Origin: Eledone cirrhosa
Taxonomy: Eukaryota
NCBI GenBank assembly: GCA_964016885.1
Contig: OZ024741.1
Span: 310,558,001-310,622,000, forward strand
Length of the DNA stretch: 64,000 nucleotides
Direction of reading: 5' to 3'
The notes beneath the pieces were generated by a model. It was not told the DNA's origin. It was given only the letters and a program-made list of their open reading frames with translations, and made no database searches. Of this stretch, positions 40,978-55,938 are shown piece by piece. The position numbers and the translations under genes are program-made. Within the stretch, counting starts at the first letter, position 1, and every line of letters begins with the position of its first letter.

Positions 40978-42432
40978 CAGAGAGAAGAGTGAAAATAAAA
41001 ATGTTGGCTCTAGCATAGCTTTATACATATAAGTATGTGGAGTTTGGATATCTAGCAATATGCGCTTTGTTTATGTATAATAATTGTTTTATATTTTTGG
41101 CACAAGGCCAGCAATAGCCAGTACATTACTGGTACTTTATTTTATCGACCCCGTAAGGATGAAAGGCAAAGTTAACCTCGGCGGGATTTGAACTCAGATC
41201 ATAAAGGGACGTAACTATGCTGGAAAGCATGGCGTCCGACCCTCCACTGAGTTAAGCTGTGATACATATTTCAATGGCGACAGTGGTCACACTGTTCCGT
41301 GCGCCAGTGTCGTGACATCGTCAGACAGCTTGTTACATAATAAGGTTATGTTTCCGAGGCAATCTAAATTGAATCGACATGGGAACGGACGAAGTGTGTG
41401 CTCTTGGGTTCTTCGTCCATTCCCTGTGAGTACCAATTCACCCCCACCGGTCTGCGCAGGCGCAGGTCCGTAGGAGGTTGACCATTAGCTACCGCAGATT
41501 TTAACGAAATTCGCTTAGTCAGTTTTCCCTCTCAGCCAATGAATGACCCATTCAAGGCCTGTAATATAGCTTACTGCTACCCATCCCGTCAGTGGCTGTC
41601 AGTCGAAAGCCAGTGGGGATGGGAGAGTGTGAGTATCCACAGGTCTGAATACTACCTCTCATTAAGCATGGACAGTATAATTGACCATCAACCTCTAAGA
41701 GAAAATATACTTAATTCTATGTATCATGGTTTGACGGTGGAAGTTATGAATGAGAGTTGGGATTAAAAATTTAAAATCCAAAATCAGAAATCAATTATTA
41801 AATATCAAAAATTAGAAATTAAAAATTAACAATTAAAAATTAATACTTTTCAAGTGGGAATCTGGATTGAGGCGAGTAAAAAAATATGGATTGAAGTGAG
41901 TAAATAATATGCAGAGAGATGTTTAAGTAAGGAGTTTTGAAATGGGTATTAATGTTACGGTTATATTATCTATATACTGAACGATAGTACCGTACAGTAG
42001 AACGGAGGGTAAATTACGGTATGAAAGTAGTATTTAGTCGGGTACATAGCTAGAATTTCCATCACATGGACAGAATCAAATAAAAACGATATAACGTACA
42101 CAAAAGAAAAAAAAACAATTAATGAATAAATGCAAAAACACATAGCGTACATATATGCAAAATGAGATATATGGTCAATATGATTGTCAATTTGTCCATG
42201 TATAGATTGAATTGAGGGGGCTTCTGTTCAAATGCGATTTAGTGCAGGAAAATAGGGGTTTATCTTTGTTTTTGTTTCCGCGTATTTATCCTGCCGAAAG
42301 GTATTATTATGTCCGTCCAGTATCAGGGGTTTCCATACCCATGGAAGGGAGAATTTCCGGGTGTAGCTCGTTGCTGGTTCCTCTGTTCTCCACCATATCG
42401 GTTACATCATAGAGCGCTCAACTAATTGGAGC

Positions 42433-42485
<53 letters not shown>

Positions 42486-42554
42486 TCAGGTGTTGTTTCT
42501 GCATGATGAATATAAGTGAATAGAGTGCTCAACCGAGGGAGCCAAATAGTAATA

Positions 42555-42589
<35 letters not shown>

Positions 42590-42809
42590 TCCCAGTTTCA
42601 ATCGGAGGTAACAGGGTAAGTATGGAACAAATGACAATTGTAGGGTGTAAATATCACGTTTAATATAGACATGCTTTCTACATACTAGAACTAATTCATT
42701 CAAAGGTAATCACCAGGAAAGCCGTTTCCTGGTGATTTCTTTGGATGAAAAAACTCTAGTCCTGTAGAAGCGATTTCTATATTAAACATCACATTTACAC
42801 ACACACACG

Positions 42810-42929
<120 letters not shown>

Positions 42930-43047
42930 AACATATATATATATATATGTGTGTGAGTATATGTGTGTGTATGTGTGTGCGTGTGTCTGCGTGCGTGTGT
43001 GTGTTTGTGTGTGTGTATAGCAAATACGTAAGAAGTTTATGATATAC

Positions 43048-43182
43048 CTTCTTGGCAATTGTCACCAATATAACCGGCAGAACATCTATCTGAACATCTT
43101 CCATTAAGCCTGTCACAGTTACTATTGTCGAGACAATGGCATGTTACATTACAAGCAACACCAAATGTTCCTACTGGGCATT
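43048..43182 (-). CDS. EGF exon copy 3: ECPVGTFGVACNVTCHCLDNSNCDRLNGRCSDRCSAGYIGDNCQE
   Basis: Same splice sites, 135 bp, phase 1-1. Confidence 0.9.
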
Positions 43183-45070
43183 CTGAAAATATCAATATAT
43201 ATGATAATGTTGAAGATATCATTAATTACATACAGATATCAATGATACAATTGTATACGAAATTTTAAGATTAAAGTGGCCTTGGGATAAAGAAATGAAC
43301 TTGTATACTTATTGAATATTATATCGATCCTCTATAATATATACATGGATTTTCAGTTCAGTTAAATGCAATGTTAAAAACATTATGCAAAAAACAAACA
43401 ATCCAATTTCATCAGAAAAGTAACATATATAATCCTACAAAATCTTACCATATTCTATCAGTTCCTTCTTTAAAGGCTTCAACCTCTCTATACAGGTTGA
43501 GGCCAACCTCTCGGTCGTTAATTACCTCGACGTTACCCTCAATTTATCGAATGGCTTGTATTACCCGTATAGAAAGCCGAATGATACGCTTAATTACATA
43601 AGTAAGCATTCTAACCATCCTGCCAGCATAACCAAGAACCTGGTAAGAAATGTTTCTTTGAGGCTTTCCCGTCTATCTACTAACGAGCATATTTTCAACG
43701 ACCATTCCACATATTACAAATGAAGCTCTTGCTCGGAGTGGATTTGTCAATAAGGTAGCATATACAGAGTACGAGAATAGACCTAGAAGAAATAGATCCG
43801 GACGCATTATATGGTATAACCCACCATATAATATGGAGGTGGCCACACCATTAGCTAAGATCTTTCTTTCCCTTATTATGAAGCATTTTCCCACCTACAC
43901 ATAAATATAGTAACATTTTTAATAGAAATACTATTAAAATTTCTTACTCTACGACTCCTAACCTTGCACATAACATCACAGCTTCAAATTTAGCTAAACT
44001 ACCTAGCCGTAGAAACACGTGCAACCCTCTAGTTAGTACTAACTGTAATTGTAGGAATCGGGTTGAAACACCCACGTCCCGTAGGGCCTACATAGGGTTA
44101 ACCACCAATATATTCAAGCAGCGTCTTTACATGCATACCCATTCTTTTCGTTACCCTTTAAGAAGGAATATGACGTCACTTTCAGCTTATATCTGGAGTC
44201 TAAAAGACAACCACACCCAATATAATTTACACTGGGAGATCCTAACTAGGGCTAGATCGTATAACGGAAATAAAATACCATGTGACCTCTGCGCCGCTGA
44301 GGCCCTGGAAATACTCTACGCCACAGACCACATCTTAAACAAAAAATCTGAGGCAATTTCGGCTTGTAAACATAAATTGCACAAACTATTCCTGTATACG
44401 TGCGAGTATTTGTATACCTATGCCGAGTGTTTTCGTGTATGCTTGTGTATGTACGTATATGGATGCATGTATGTATTTATTTAATTTCATTTACCTCTGT
44501 ATTTTATTTACTTTATTTTTAACTCTGAAGCCGAGAATCATTCGGTTTCCTAGTTAGAATTTTAGTCTACGACTTCAGTTATACCATTTACGTGGTTTTG
44601 TCTTTGCGTGCAATTGTTTCCCCCGGTCCACATATAACGTATTATCTTCGGTTTTTTTTCGTTCATTGCCAGAGAACGTCTCTATGAACCACCTAATAGA
44701 ATATTAGTCTACGACTTCTTTTATACCATAAACGTGGTTTTGTCTTTGCGTGTAATTGTTTTTCACCGCTGCAAATAATGACGTATTATATTTGTTTTTT
44801 CCCGTTCTTTGCCAGGGAACGTTTCCACGAACCAAAGTATCGTCTTGCTGTCTTCCTCCGGTTGCAACGTTTTTTGAAATATTTACTTCTGCGTTCACAG
44901 ATTGACTTTGTTAGTTTCAGAAGATCCCGTTAAGGGTGAAAGCAGCGATTCTTTGCTTAAACTTTAATCTGTTATTTTAACAAATATTGGCTCTACGGTT
45001 CTTATATATTTGATATATAGTTATCCTTATCGAGCCCTCTTTGGATTTTAGTCTTCAAATTTATTATTAT

Positions 45071-45140
<70 letters not shown>

Positions 45141-45271
45141 GTGAGTTTTTTTTTACAAAATGAAAAATAACCGAGGTGTCCTACACGAGTGAAAGTATAA
45201 AGAAAAAGAGATGAAATCGAAAATGCAACTGAAGTCTTATTTTTTTTAAAAATATATATATTTATTTGGTT

Positions 45272-45309
45272 CCTTTACCGGTTTCGCAGTTCTTCTGCTT
45301 TTCAAAAGG
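45272..45309 (-). ncRNA. Minimal type I HHR, U3:A8 variant (identical copy 49971-50008)
   Basis: CCUU-UUGAAAA-GCAG/CUGC-GAAA-CCGG-UA-AAGG. Confidence 0.8.
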
Positions 45310-45831
45310 TGAGTTGAGATGGAGGGTCTGTGGTTTTTCTCCAATCTGGTTGGTCTCTGAATGTTACTTGTTTTATATGGATAAAAGTGGCTCGAAATTC
45401 CAGGTTTTTCGATAAGTAATTTGATTGGTTTGTCAATAATTATAATAAATTTCGCGCCAGTTCGCGTTACAATATTTCTTCAAATAAGAGAGGGGCAGGG
45501 GGTGTTGTCACAGGTTGTTTTTTCATATATGAGTGTTTGAATTTCTTCTTACTTGAAAAAAGGAGGCTCACGAAGGCTTTTTTTTGGTTGGTTATAAATG
45601 AAATTTGGCTGTCACGTGAACAAGTTTTTATTACATTTTTGCGCCCTTATTTGGAAAACTATTCTGTAGTCTTTATAGTGAATGTTATGACAATGGAGAG
45701 ATAGTGGTCAAGAAAAAAGGGATTGTGAGAAATGTTCTGGTTCAGTGAATATGGCCAGCTCGCCGGGGTGTCAGAGTTCAGATTTTCTATTGAGACTGAA
45801 GATATGTATGTTTATTTGTGTGCTTGTGTGT

Positions 45832-45899
<68 letters not shown>

Positions 45900-46365
45900 A
45901 TTGGAAGATGATTCTATTAGTAGCGATGGGGGAGGGAGTTGTGTGTGTGTGTATATGGGTGTTATGTGTGTGTGTGCGAGTATGTTAAGATGGAGAGAAT
46001 ATATATTTTGCGTGTGTGTATATATATATGTGTGTAGGAAAGTGGTTCTATTAGTAGAAATGGGGAGGGAGTTGTAGGTGTGGGGGTTGTTATGTGTGTG
46101 TATGGGTGTTATGTGTGTGGGAGTATGGTTAGCATGTTAAGATGAAGAGAATATATATATATATTGTGTGTGTGTGTAGGAAAGTGATTCCTTTAGTAGG
46201 AATACTTTTGAATGAACTTATTTTCCTTACTTTTTCGTGTTTGCTGTTGTATTGCCAGTGCAAACGTATGTTAAGGTTTATTTAGTTCGGGTTTTTATTT
46301 TCTAAAGTAGAAGGTGTTATGTGTGTGTGTGTGTATGTCATATTGTGGTGTTGACATAATGTATA

Positions 46366-49300
46366 TTAAACCTTATTTAATGTTGGTCTATATTTTTGAA
46401 TAAACATATTTTCCTTATTTATTCGCATTTGTTCTGTTGTATTGTTAGCGCAAAGGTAAAATGGGAAGACTTGGAATTTGGGTGTCTTATTACTTGCGCA
46501 AATGTCTAGATGTGCACTTAGTGGTATCTGTCTCGTGGTTGGATCTCGTAATTGTTGGCGATGAACTGTCATTCTGTTTCTGAGTGTGAGTTTAGTTTGT
46601 CCTATATAATCTTCATTGCATCCTTTACATTTAATGGCATAAAGTAGATTTTTTGATGAGCAAGTGAAGTGATATTTTACAGTAAAAATTTGTCCTGATT
46701 TAAATGTATACGTGTTGCCTTCAATGAGGTGAGTGCAGGTTCCACAATTAGAGCGACCACATTTTTTGATACTTGGTTGTGGGTTTGTGGTAGGTAATTT
46801 GGCATTGGTGAGTAATGTTTTCAGTGATTTTGGTTGTCTTTTGCTTTTGATTATTTTGTGTGTTTCAAGGGCTTTTTTCATTCTTGGGTTTTGTTTTAGT
46901 AGTGGGATGTTATTGTGAATAGTGTTGTAAGCTTCCGCATTTCTTGGGTTGTGTGTTGAGATATATGATAGAATATTGGACGTACCTTGAATTTGTTTCT
47001 GTTTCCATAATTCATCAATGCCTATTGCTTTAGCCCTTTCTATTCCATTATTTATTAGTAATAGTGGGTACTCTCTCTCAAGTAGAATTTCCTTTAATTC
47101 TTGAAGTCTTTTATTTCGCGTTTCATAATTGGAGACAATTGTGCAAATTCTTCTTGCTAGGTTAAAAGGAATGTTCGTCTTCGTGTGCTTTGGATGGTTG
47201 GAGGTGAATAGCAGATATTGTTTGGAATCTGTTGGTTTGTAGTGTATGTCAGTTTCGATATTTGTGTCTTTTTTTGTGATTAAGATGTCCAGAAATGGGA
47301 GTTGATCTTGGCTGTATTCCGTTGTGAATTGGATGTGGTTATTGATGCCGTTTATTAAGTTTTTGAAATCCTTCAGTTGGTCGAGTGTGTGGGACCAAAG
47401 AATGAGGCAATCATCCAAGTAGCGTTTCCAATTCTCTGATAAATATTTGTGGAAGTTCAATCCGTATTTTGATTTGGACTGTTCATATATCTGGACTTCT
47501 AAGTATGCCATGGCTAAGTTGGCATAAGTTGGAGCGGCTTTTGTGCCCATCGCAGTCCCCGATATTTGCTTGTAAGTATTGCCATCGAAATAAAAAAAAG
47601 TTGTTCTGTAGGATGAATTTTAATCCCTCGGTGATGAAGCTTTTTTCTATTCTGTCAGGTATCTCATTGGGATATTTCTCTAGTCAGAATCCTATTGCTT
47701 CTAGTCCGTATTGGTGTGGGATCGTTGTGTAGAGATTCACTACATCGAAAGACACAATAATAGTGTCGTTGTTGACATGTTTGGGGAGGTGGTTTAAGAG
47801 GTCCAGATCGTCTCTTACAAGGCTTGGTATGTGTTTCAGTATTGGTTTCAGTAGTATGTCTATAAAGTTGCTCAATCTGTGTGTTTCACATTTTGGGCCC
47901 GCTACAATTGGTCTTAATTTAAGGTCTGTGGGGTATTGTGTGTTCACGCAGGCTGAGGTGGATTGTTTACAGGCATCGTTGATTATTTTACATTTGTGGA
48001 TCTTCGGAAGTCCGTAAAGGTTGCTGGTTTTGTATTCAAAATTTGTTAAATAATCGCGTTCCTTTTTAGTTAGGTCTTCCTGGTATCGATAAATCAGTGT
48101 GTTTAATTTGGTCATTATTTTTGATTGCAGGTAGTTTTTTACTCTTTCATAGTAATTAGTATTTTGTAAGAGAGAGAACATAGAATTTTTATATTTTTCA
48201 GCCTCCATAATGACAACAGTACTTCCCTTGTCCGCATCCTTAATTACAATGTCCGTATTGTTTTTTAGTTCATGGATAATCTCCCATTCCCTTCGACTTG
48301 TGTTGGGTTTGGGTTTAGGTTGCGGTAGTTCATGGTATGGGAAGGTAGCTATGTGGTCACACAATTTGTCCAGAACTCTGTTTCTACCTTTTGTTGGGTT
48401 GTAGCTGCTTTTATTCCGTACAATTGATTCGTCGTTATTCTCCTTGTCAAAGAATTCCTCTGTGAGACGTAATTTTCTACAGAAGTGTGAGATATCGTAA
48501 TTTATCTCGTTGGGGTTAGGGTATTGTGGTGTTGGTGTGAATTTCAGACCTTTGGAGAGAATTTTTACTTGTTGGGCTGAGAGGTTTGTATTTGAAATGT
48601 TAATTATTTTCGGTTTTTCAAAATCGGTTTGTGCCACCGGGTGTCGTGAGTCCTGTAGCCTTGGTCTAAAAAATGATTTTTCTGGAATGTTTTTTCATTG
48701 GTATTATTATATCTAATGGTATTTCCCCTGTTGTTGTGTGGTCTTGTATAGAAGTTTCGGACGTATTGAGGTTCGGTTTGTTGATAGTCCGGGTTGTAGA
48801 TTTGGTTCCTTTGTGTGGGTTGGGGTCTACGGTTTTGGAACAGGCTCTGTGTGGGCAGGGGTCTACGGTTTTGGAATAGGTTTTGTGTGGGTTGTGATCT
48901 GCGGATCAGGTCCTGCCTTGTATTCGGGGATCTTTGGTTTTTGTTAGTAGGGTTATAGTTTTGTCTATGGTTTCTGGGATTATCGTTATAGTTTTGCTGG
49001 GGGTATGTTGGACGTTTTGTTACTTTTTTTGTTATTTGTTGTGCATGTGGTGTGTGAGTTTTAGTTTGTTTTAAAAATGGGTTACCTGTATGTTGTTCAT
49101 TTTTGAAGTCCATTTCGTAGTTGTTGAACCAGGTGGCGTTTTTTTCCCATCGCTGGAGGGATGTTAGTTCTTCATCCTCAGTTTTCTTTCCAAAGTTTTA
49201 GGGTTTTTTTGTAGAGTAGGCCTTCAGAGTGCTTTGAGATTTCTGTGTCCATCTGTTGGTCGAGTGACTTGAATTTTTCTTCGTTGGAGTTGGCTCTTAA

Positions 49301-49804
49301 TCGCAACAGTTCTATTTCTGTTTTAAATTTTTCCAATGCCATCTTTTCCCTAAGTCTTTGTTGGTTTTCTGGTTCATTCGGGATGGGTTTTATTTTGAGT
49401 TTTTTGGGGAGGATGATTGGGGTAGAGTTTAGCCACTTTTCATATATGTCTGCCTTGCCATTATTTTTTAGGAGATTCCAAAGGGCGAATTTGCGGGCTG
49501 TGAGCTTTTGAGTCCATATGTTGATTAGGGTGTTTTTCACTGAGTGGACATCTCGTAGATTGGGTTCTAACGGTTGTTCAAGCTTTTGGAGCATTGCTGT
49601 TTCAATGGTTTCGATTAGCTTAGTTAATACTGGAGTAATATTCGTCTCTTGGGTATTTTCTGTTTCTTCGTGGGGTCCTTTTTTATAGATGTGTATTTGG
49701 TCCACTTTGTTGGTCAAAATTGAGAGTTTAGAGGAAATCTCTTTCAGTTCATTTAAGATGTCCTGGTTCAGTGAGTTGTTGTTTTGTTGAGACTTTGGTG
49801 GCAT
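46366..49804 (-). pseudogene. PLE polyprotein (~1140 codons) broken by a few frameshifts
   Basis: KGLKFTPT, ADKG, LYGLPKIHK, LRPIV, SFDVVNLYT, MGTKAAPTYANL, RYLDD, FLD, C..C..C linker, LYAIKCKGC..YIGQT. Confidence 0.92.
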
Positions 49805-50478
49805 TTTCGGTCTTCGTGTGGTGGGTATATATTAGAAAGTGAGGTTTTTTTTTACAAAATGAAAAATAACCGAGGTGTCCTACACGAGTGAAAGTATAAA
49901 GAAAAAGAGATGAAATCGAAAATGCAACTGAAGTCTTATTTTTTTAAAAAATATATATATTTATTTGGTTCCTTTACCGGTTTCGCAGTTCTTCTGCTTT
50001 TCAAAAGGTGAGTTGAGATGGAGAGTCTGTGGTTTTTCTCACATCTGGTTGGTTACTTGTTTTATATGGATAAAAGTGGCTCGAAATTCCAGGTTTTTCG
50101 AGAAGTAATTTGATTGGTTTGTCAATAATTATAATAAATTTCGCGCCAGTTCGCGTTACAATGGTTCTTCAAATAAGAGAGAGGGGGGGGGGTGTTGTTG
50201 TCACAGGTTGTTTTTTCATATATGAGTGTTTGAATTTCTTTTTACTTGAAAAAAGGAGGCTCACGAAGGCTTTTTTTGGGTTGGTTATAAATGAAATTTG
50301 GCTGTCACGTGAACAAGTTTTTATTACATTTTTGCGCCCTTATTTGGAAAACTATTCTGTAGTCTTTATAGTGAATGTTATGACAATGGAGAGATAGTGG
50401 TCAAGAGAAAAGGGATCGGGAGAAATGTTCTGGTTCAGTGAATATGGCCAGCTCGCCGATATATATATATATATATCA

Positions 50479-50672
<194 letters not shown>

Positions 50673-50781
50673 CAGAAAATCAGAGACAAGAGTGAAAATT
50701 AAAATGTTGCCTCTAGCATAGCTTTATACATATAAGTATGTGTAGTTTAAATATCTAGCAATATGCGCTTTGTTTATGTAT

Positions 50782-50975
50782 AATAATTGTTTCTATTTTT
50801 TGGCACAAGGCCAGCAATTACCCAGTACATTACTGGTACTTTATTTTATCGACCCCGTAAGGATGAAAGGCAAAGTTAACCTCGGCGGTATTTGAACTCA
50901 GATCATAAAGGGACGTAACTCTATGCTTCAAAGCATGGTGTCCGACTCTCTACCGATACTGCCAATCCACCACCC
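50782..50975 (-). mobile_element. Complete SINE
   Basis: Includes the 5' GGGTGGTGGATTGGCAGTATCGG head that is missing from the 36.7 and 41.1 kb paralogs. Confidence 0.85.
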
Positions 50976-51190
50976 TTTGTTTATGTATTATAATAACAAA
51001 CATTTGAAAGTCTTCAGCTATGAATGGAGACTGATGAGCAACAGCCATCTAGCGGATTCGTTGAGAGGTAAGGGTGGGTAAATCACAACGAGCTTCGTTA
51101 CTGACTCTTGTCGCCATCAAGACAGTGCTCCCTTATATGATCCCGTTAAGGGCGAAAGCACCGATTCTTTGTTTAAACTTTAATCTGTTA

Positions 51191-51253
<63 letters not shown>

Positions 51254-51298
51254 TTACAAAGTGTTAAAACCATCAAATCTTTGTTTAATACATTTATT

Positions 51299-51345
51299 TG
51301 CTGACAATTGTTTCTGCCAGAGGGATGTCTGGTTTCATCGGAGCA
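51299..51345 (-). ncRNA. Minimal type I HHR with a U4C change (probably inactive)
   Basis: UGCU-CCGAUGA-CCAGA/UCUGG-GAAA-CAAUUG-UC-AGCA. Confidence 0.6.
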
Positions 51346-52049
51346 TAGGGAATGTCTAAACAGGTGATTAAAATGCTAGTTATTCAGAAGATTTAGGTAG
51401 ATACATAAGTGTTGTTAGTGTCCTAGATATCATGTAAAAAATCGGGAGTTAAAAAAATGTTATGCTTGAGAGAACACAATTAGAAGGAGCACTGGTGGAA
51501 AGTGCAAGAGGTACAAGCAAAAAGTACAGGCCAAAAACGTTACAAGCAAAGAAAAATATAAGATAGGATACACATAAGATATAAGATATAAGATATCATA
51601 GTATTCGACATCAGGTAATGTTAAGGGTATATAATGCAGGAGTTAATACAATCAATAAGGAATGTATGAGGAAAGATATATATTACAGCTGAAATAAGCA
51701 TATTTCGTGTAGAATGTTAAAGCATGTTATAAGTACTTAGTACTACCCTCCATATTTATAATTATATATTAAACATATATAAGTATAAATATTGTTATTA
51801 TTACTATATACGTTTATTTATATTTATCTTAGTCCCGATTACAATCGGAGGTATCCAGTTTAAGTATGAAGCAAAATACAATTGTAGGGTGTAAATATCA
51901 TGTTTAATATAGACATGGCTCCTACAGTACTAGAACTATTTCATTCAAAAGTAATCATCAGGAAAGCAGTTTCCTGATGATTTCTTTGGATGAAATTATT
52001 CTAGTCCTGTAGAAGCGATTTCTATATGAAACATCATATTTACGCACGA

Positions 52050-55000
52050 CCGTTTCATTGGTAAGTGCAACCTTATATTGCTATACTGCAAATAGCAGCC
52101 ACTCAATGATAATTGTTGTTCACGTCCAAATTTTCAAAATAGTGAGTAAGTTACTCTTTAAAAAGTTCTTAATATATAGAGAAAAACATTTTTGGGGAAT
52201 TGTATTTACTAGTATAGAGAGAGAGGAAGAGGAATTAGAAAGTTGGGGGACAAACGGAATAGTATAGAGAGAGAGGCAGGGGGAGAAGAGTTAGGAAGTA
52301 GAGTGACAAACTGAGATGGAAGGAGGGGTAGAGGTGGAAGGATTCCTTGAACAGTTTTGATACATAACTTCATGTCGTTGATTTAGATTGTAGTGAGTTA
52401 AAGAGAATTAAATTGTTTATAGTGGGAGCGATGGTGAGAGAAAGAGGGGTGGGGGAGATATAGAGAGATAAATATATATATATAAAAAAAATAAAAATAA
52501 AAATAAAGAAGGGGGGAGAAAGAAGAAGAGAAACGATAGCCAAAAGGGGAGAGAAGAAAGGAAGAAAACGAAAAGAAATAGAAAAGGAATGAAGGAGAAG
52601 GGAGGGATATAGGTATTGGTTTTTGTGGGTAATTAAAGGGGTTAGATACAATAAGAGGGTAGAAAGTCTAAGTATATGCAGTTTGTCAGGTGGTAGTAAG
52701 AGGTTAAGAGCTCGATTTGCACTTGTAGTGCGTAAACGTTTATTTGAATCTATGGTTACAATAAATTGATCTTTCGATTTTATTGTTGAGTAACTTATTC
52801 TTCGAACTCAAAATGTAACAGCTCAAGGTCACATAATCGACAGCTTCTCATACAACTCGGATATGGGGGCGCGTTCGATAATTTTTTTCCACTTCAGGGT
52901 GTATTGGTGGTTACTTTCCCTCAGTTGCCAGTTCTTGTTTGCAAGGGTAGTTACATAACGATGTTGGGAATGTTTCATTGCGTAACGGTGTGTATACCAA
53001 CTGGCGTTAAATGTATTCCCAGTCGCTCCGATGTAATACCATTTCTGGTTGTCTGATTCTACTGTGCATTGGTAAAGCAGGTTGGACTGCTTACATTCAT
53101 TATGTATATGGACATGTTTCAGGTAGGTGGCAGTTAAATTTTTTGTCATGGGCAACTTTGGCATTATTGGTGGGCTGCGATACCTGTACAAGTGTGTTAC
53201 GTTTTGTTTGCCTATTAGTGGGTGGTTGTGTATTAGATATTCTGTTGTGTTCAATGGTGATTGTATTGATATTGTTATAAATTCCATTTCGAAAATGGAC
53301 GTAACGGTCGCACCGTGGAATACAACAAGGAAACATACGACTTCAAATCATGTAGGAACCCACCTACCAACCATCAACCCAGATGCCTTTGAACATGACT
53401 TACTGGAGATGATTATGAATATCAAATTCAAAAAGCGGAGGAATAATAAACTCCAGAATGACATGAATACATTCCTAAAAAAGCTGCGAACTACCAATGG
53501 AATTATTGTCAAAGCGGATAAAACCTAAAATGTGTATACGATGGATATTAATACATACAATAGCTTCATACGGAAAGAATTACATAGGAAATACAAAAAA
53601 CTAACAAGGCAGCACTGATAAACATCAACAACGAGGCACACAATATAGTCAAATACCTAAGAATAGACAACAGAACGGAGCCACTTAGGCCATGTACCCC
53701 CACATTTAATCTCAAGGACCACAAAGTAAATTTTGATTATAACCCCACAATTAGACTTATATGCCCGTCCAAATCGGACATTGGGAAAATTAATAAACAT
53801 ATATTAGCCAGAGTGATAGCACGAATGAAGAATAAACTAGTGATTAAACTATGGGTTAACGCTACCGTAACAATTAAGGGGTTTAACAATATAGCTAACA
53901 AAAAAGTATCTAACTTTATACAATTCGACATTAACGACTCTATATCCCCAACACCTTGGATAAAGCCTTAGCATTCGCCAAAGCCAATTCTGACCTAACA
54001 GACGACGAGATAAAAATTATATTAGCTGCTAGGAAAACAATAATTAAATTTGAAAGCGCCAATTGGCAACGTAAGGATGGATTAAATAACTTTGACATCA
54101 CGATGGGGGCTAACGACTCGGTTCAAGTCACAGATTTAGTAGGTATTTACATAGCCCATAGTTTACAGAGTAAGTTTAGCGATCTTCACGGTGGAATCTA
54201 CAGAGACGACGCCCTTCTCCTAGTTAAGAACCTAAATAGCTAGAGCATAGAAAGACTCCGTAAGAATATTAGAAAGACTCTCGGAAAACTAGGCCTTAGC
54301 ATAACGTATGAGTATAGCACTAAAATAGTTAACTTTCTTTTGCGCGACGCTTAACCTAAATAGGGACTTATAAGACCTTTTCACAAGATTAATGAAAGCA
54401 TAACATACATCAACTGTAAGTCAAACCACCCACTGTCCATAATTAAATCCATTCCACGCAGGATATCCCTTATATAACGCATCACACACATAACTACAGG
54501 TAAAAACACATATGTTCACTAAACGTACGTCAACCAAAATACAAAGTACACATACACACACCTTACATACGTGCAAACATGCATACACTCACAAACACAA
54601 AATACACATGTACCAGTATATATAATATAATATATACACCTATACCAAATACAAGCAAATATACGTACGAGAAAGTATACGTACCTTCACAAAACATACG
54701 GGTAAGGTATACTTACCTATACAAATAAGTAATGGTATAAACATAAAATATACTTAGCTACCACATCAAGACGTAAATTATCCGCGTATTGTTCGTACTA
54801 TCCGTTAGGGTATGATGTGGGGCTGTAATACAGGAAAGTGTTATGCAATTTGTGTTTACAAGCCGAAATTGCCTCAGATTTTTTGTTTAAGATGTGGTCA
54901 TTGGCGTAGAGTATTTCCAGGGCTTTAGCGGCACAAAGATAAAATCGTATAGTCTTTTATTTCCGTTATACGATCTAGCCCTATCAAGGATCTCCCAGTG

Positions 55001-55270
55001 TAACCTATATTGGGTGCGGTTGTCTTTTAGACTCCAGATATAAGCTGAAAATGACGTCATATTACGTCTTAAAGTCTTAAGAAAGAATGGGTGTGCATGT
55101 AAAGACGCTGTTTGAATCTATTGGCGGTTAACCCTATATAGGCCATACGGGACGTGGGTGTTTCGACCTTACATTTGTAGACAATGTTACTGGAGAGGCA
55201 TTTCGCGGATAGAGGGCATTGAACCCGATTCCTAAAATTAGAGTTAGTACTATCGTATCCAGGCTGTTGT
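52050..55270. mobile_element. Cluster of degraded Naiad-like PLE fragments in mixed orientation
   Basis: Minus-strand GIY-YIG 52720-53290 (YYIGATG), plus-strand RT 53290-54470 (KADKT, QFDI, FDITMGANDS, YRDD), minus-strand GIY-YIG 54830-55270. Confidence 0.8.
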
Positions 55271-55844
55271 GTTTTGGACGAAACCGGCAATCAGTTGTGT
55301 CCACTACGAAGATCACTCTGCATCCTTCCCATAGTCAATATGTGCTGGCTCCTCTCGGTGGACACGTTTGAAAGGGTTGAATATTTGCATATTCCTTCAG
55401 ACGAATCCATAATCAAATTTACAGGTTTCACACCAAGAGAAATTACAGGTCAGAGAGCGAAGTTCTATCCTCGAAGATATTTCTTGTAAGGTGAGCTAAT
55501 GATATGAGCATGAAACGTCTGAATGGGCCCGCTCAGAGAATGTGAATGCATTTTGGAGGAGGACTGCTAAGGCAGAGCACTCGTCCTAGAGATCAGGGTA
55601 TTCGTAGTTTTATGAGCATTTTCGACGAGCAGAACTCAAATGTCTACAACCTTTTGTGGATTTGCCTTTGTTTAATTTTAATTGTTACCATTCTTTTATT
55701 AATGTTACACTTATTTGCACACACAACCCACAAACTGACACACGCACGTGTCCTGAGTGTGTGTTCCGGTCGGTGTTTGAGTATATGTATGTGTAATTGA
55801 AATATTTTATGGATGAAAGGTTATGATACGCCCCCCCCCCACAC

Positions 55845-55934
<90 letters not shown>

Positions 55935-55938
<4 letters not shown>

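Larger units (their letters stand above)
45134..50458 (-). mobile_element. Full-length young Penelope-like element (Neptune-like) with ~630-bp direct pLTRs (45134-45765, 49831-50458)
   Basis: Direct terminal repeats, a nearly intact RT+GIY-YIG ORF, and insertion in a (TA)n that is empty in units 1 and 2. Confidence 0.95.

Noticed and set aside
51026-51170. CTGATGA...GGGCGAAAGCACCGATTC, a possible long-stem-II HHR related to the 36241/40530 motif
   Set aside because: Stem pairing is weak and the paralogous copies lack an intact core, so it is not called.
55274-55560. Possible PIF/Harbinger-like transposase fragment (IKFTGF)
   Set aside because: Only one weak motif, with no termini or catalytic residues identified.
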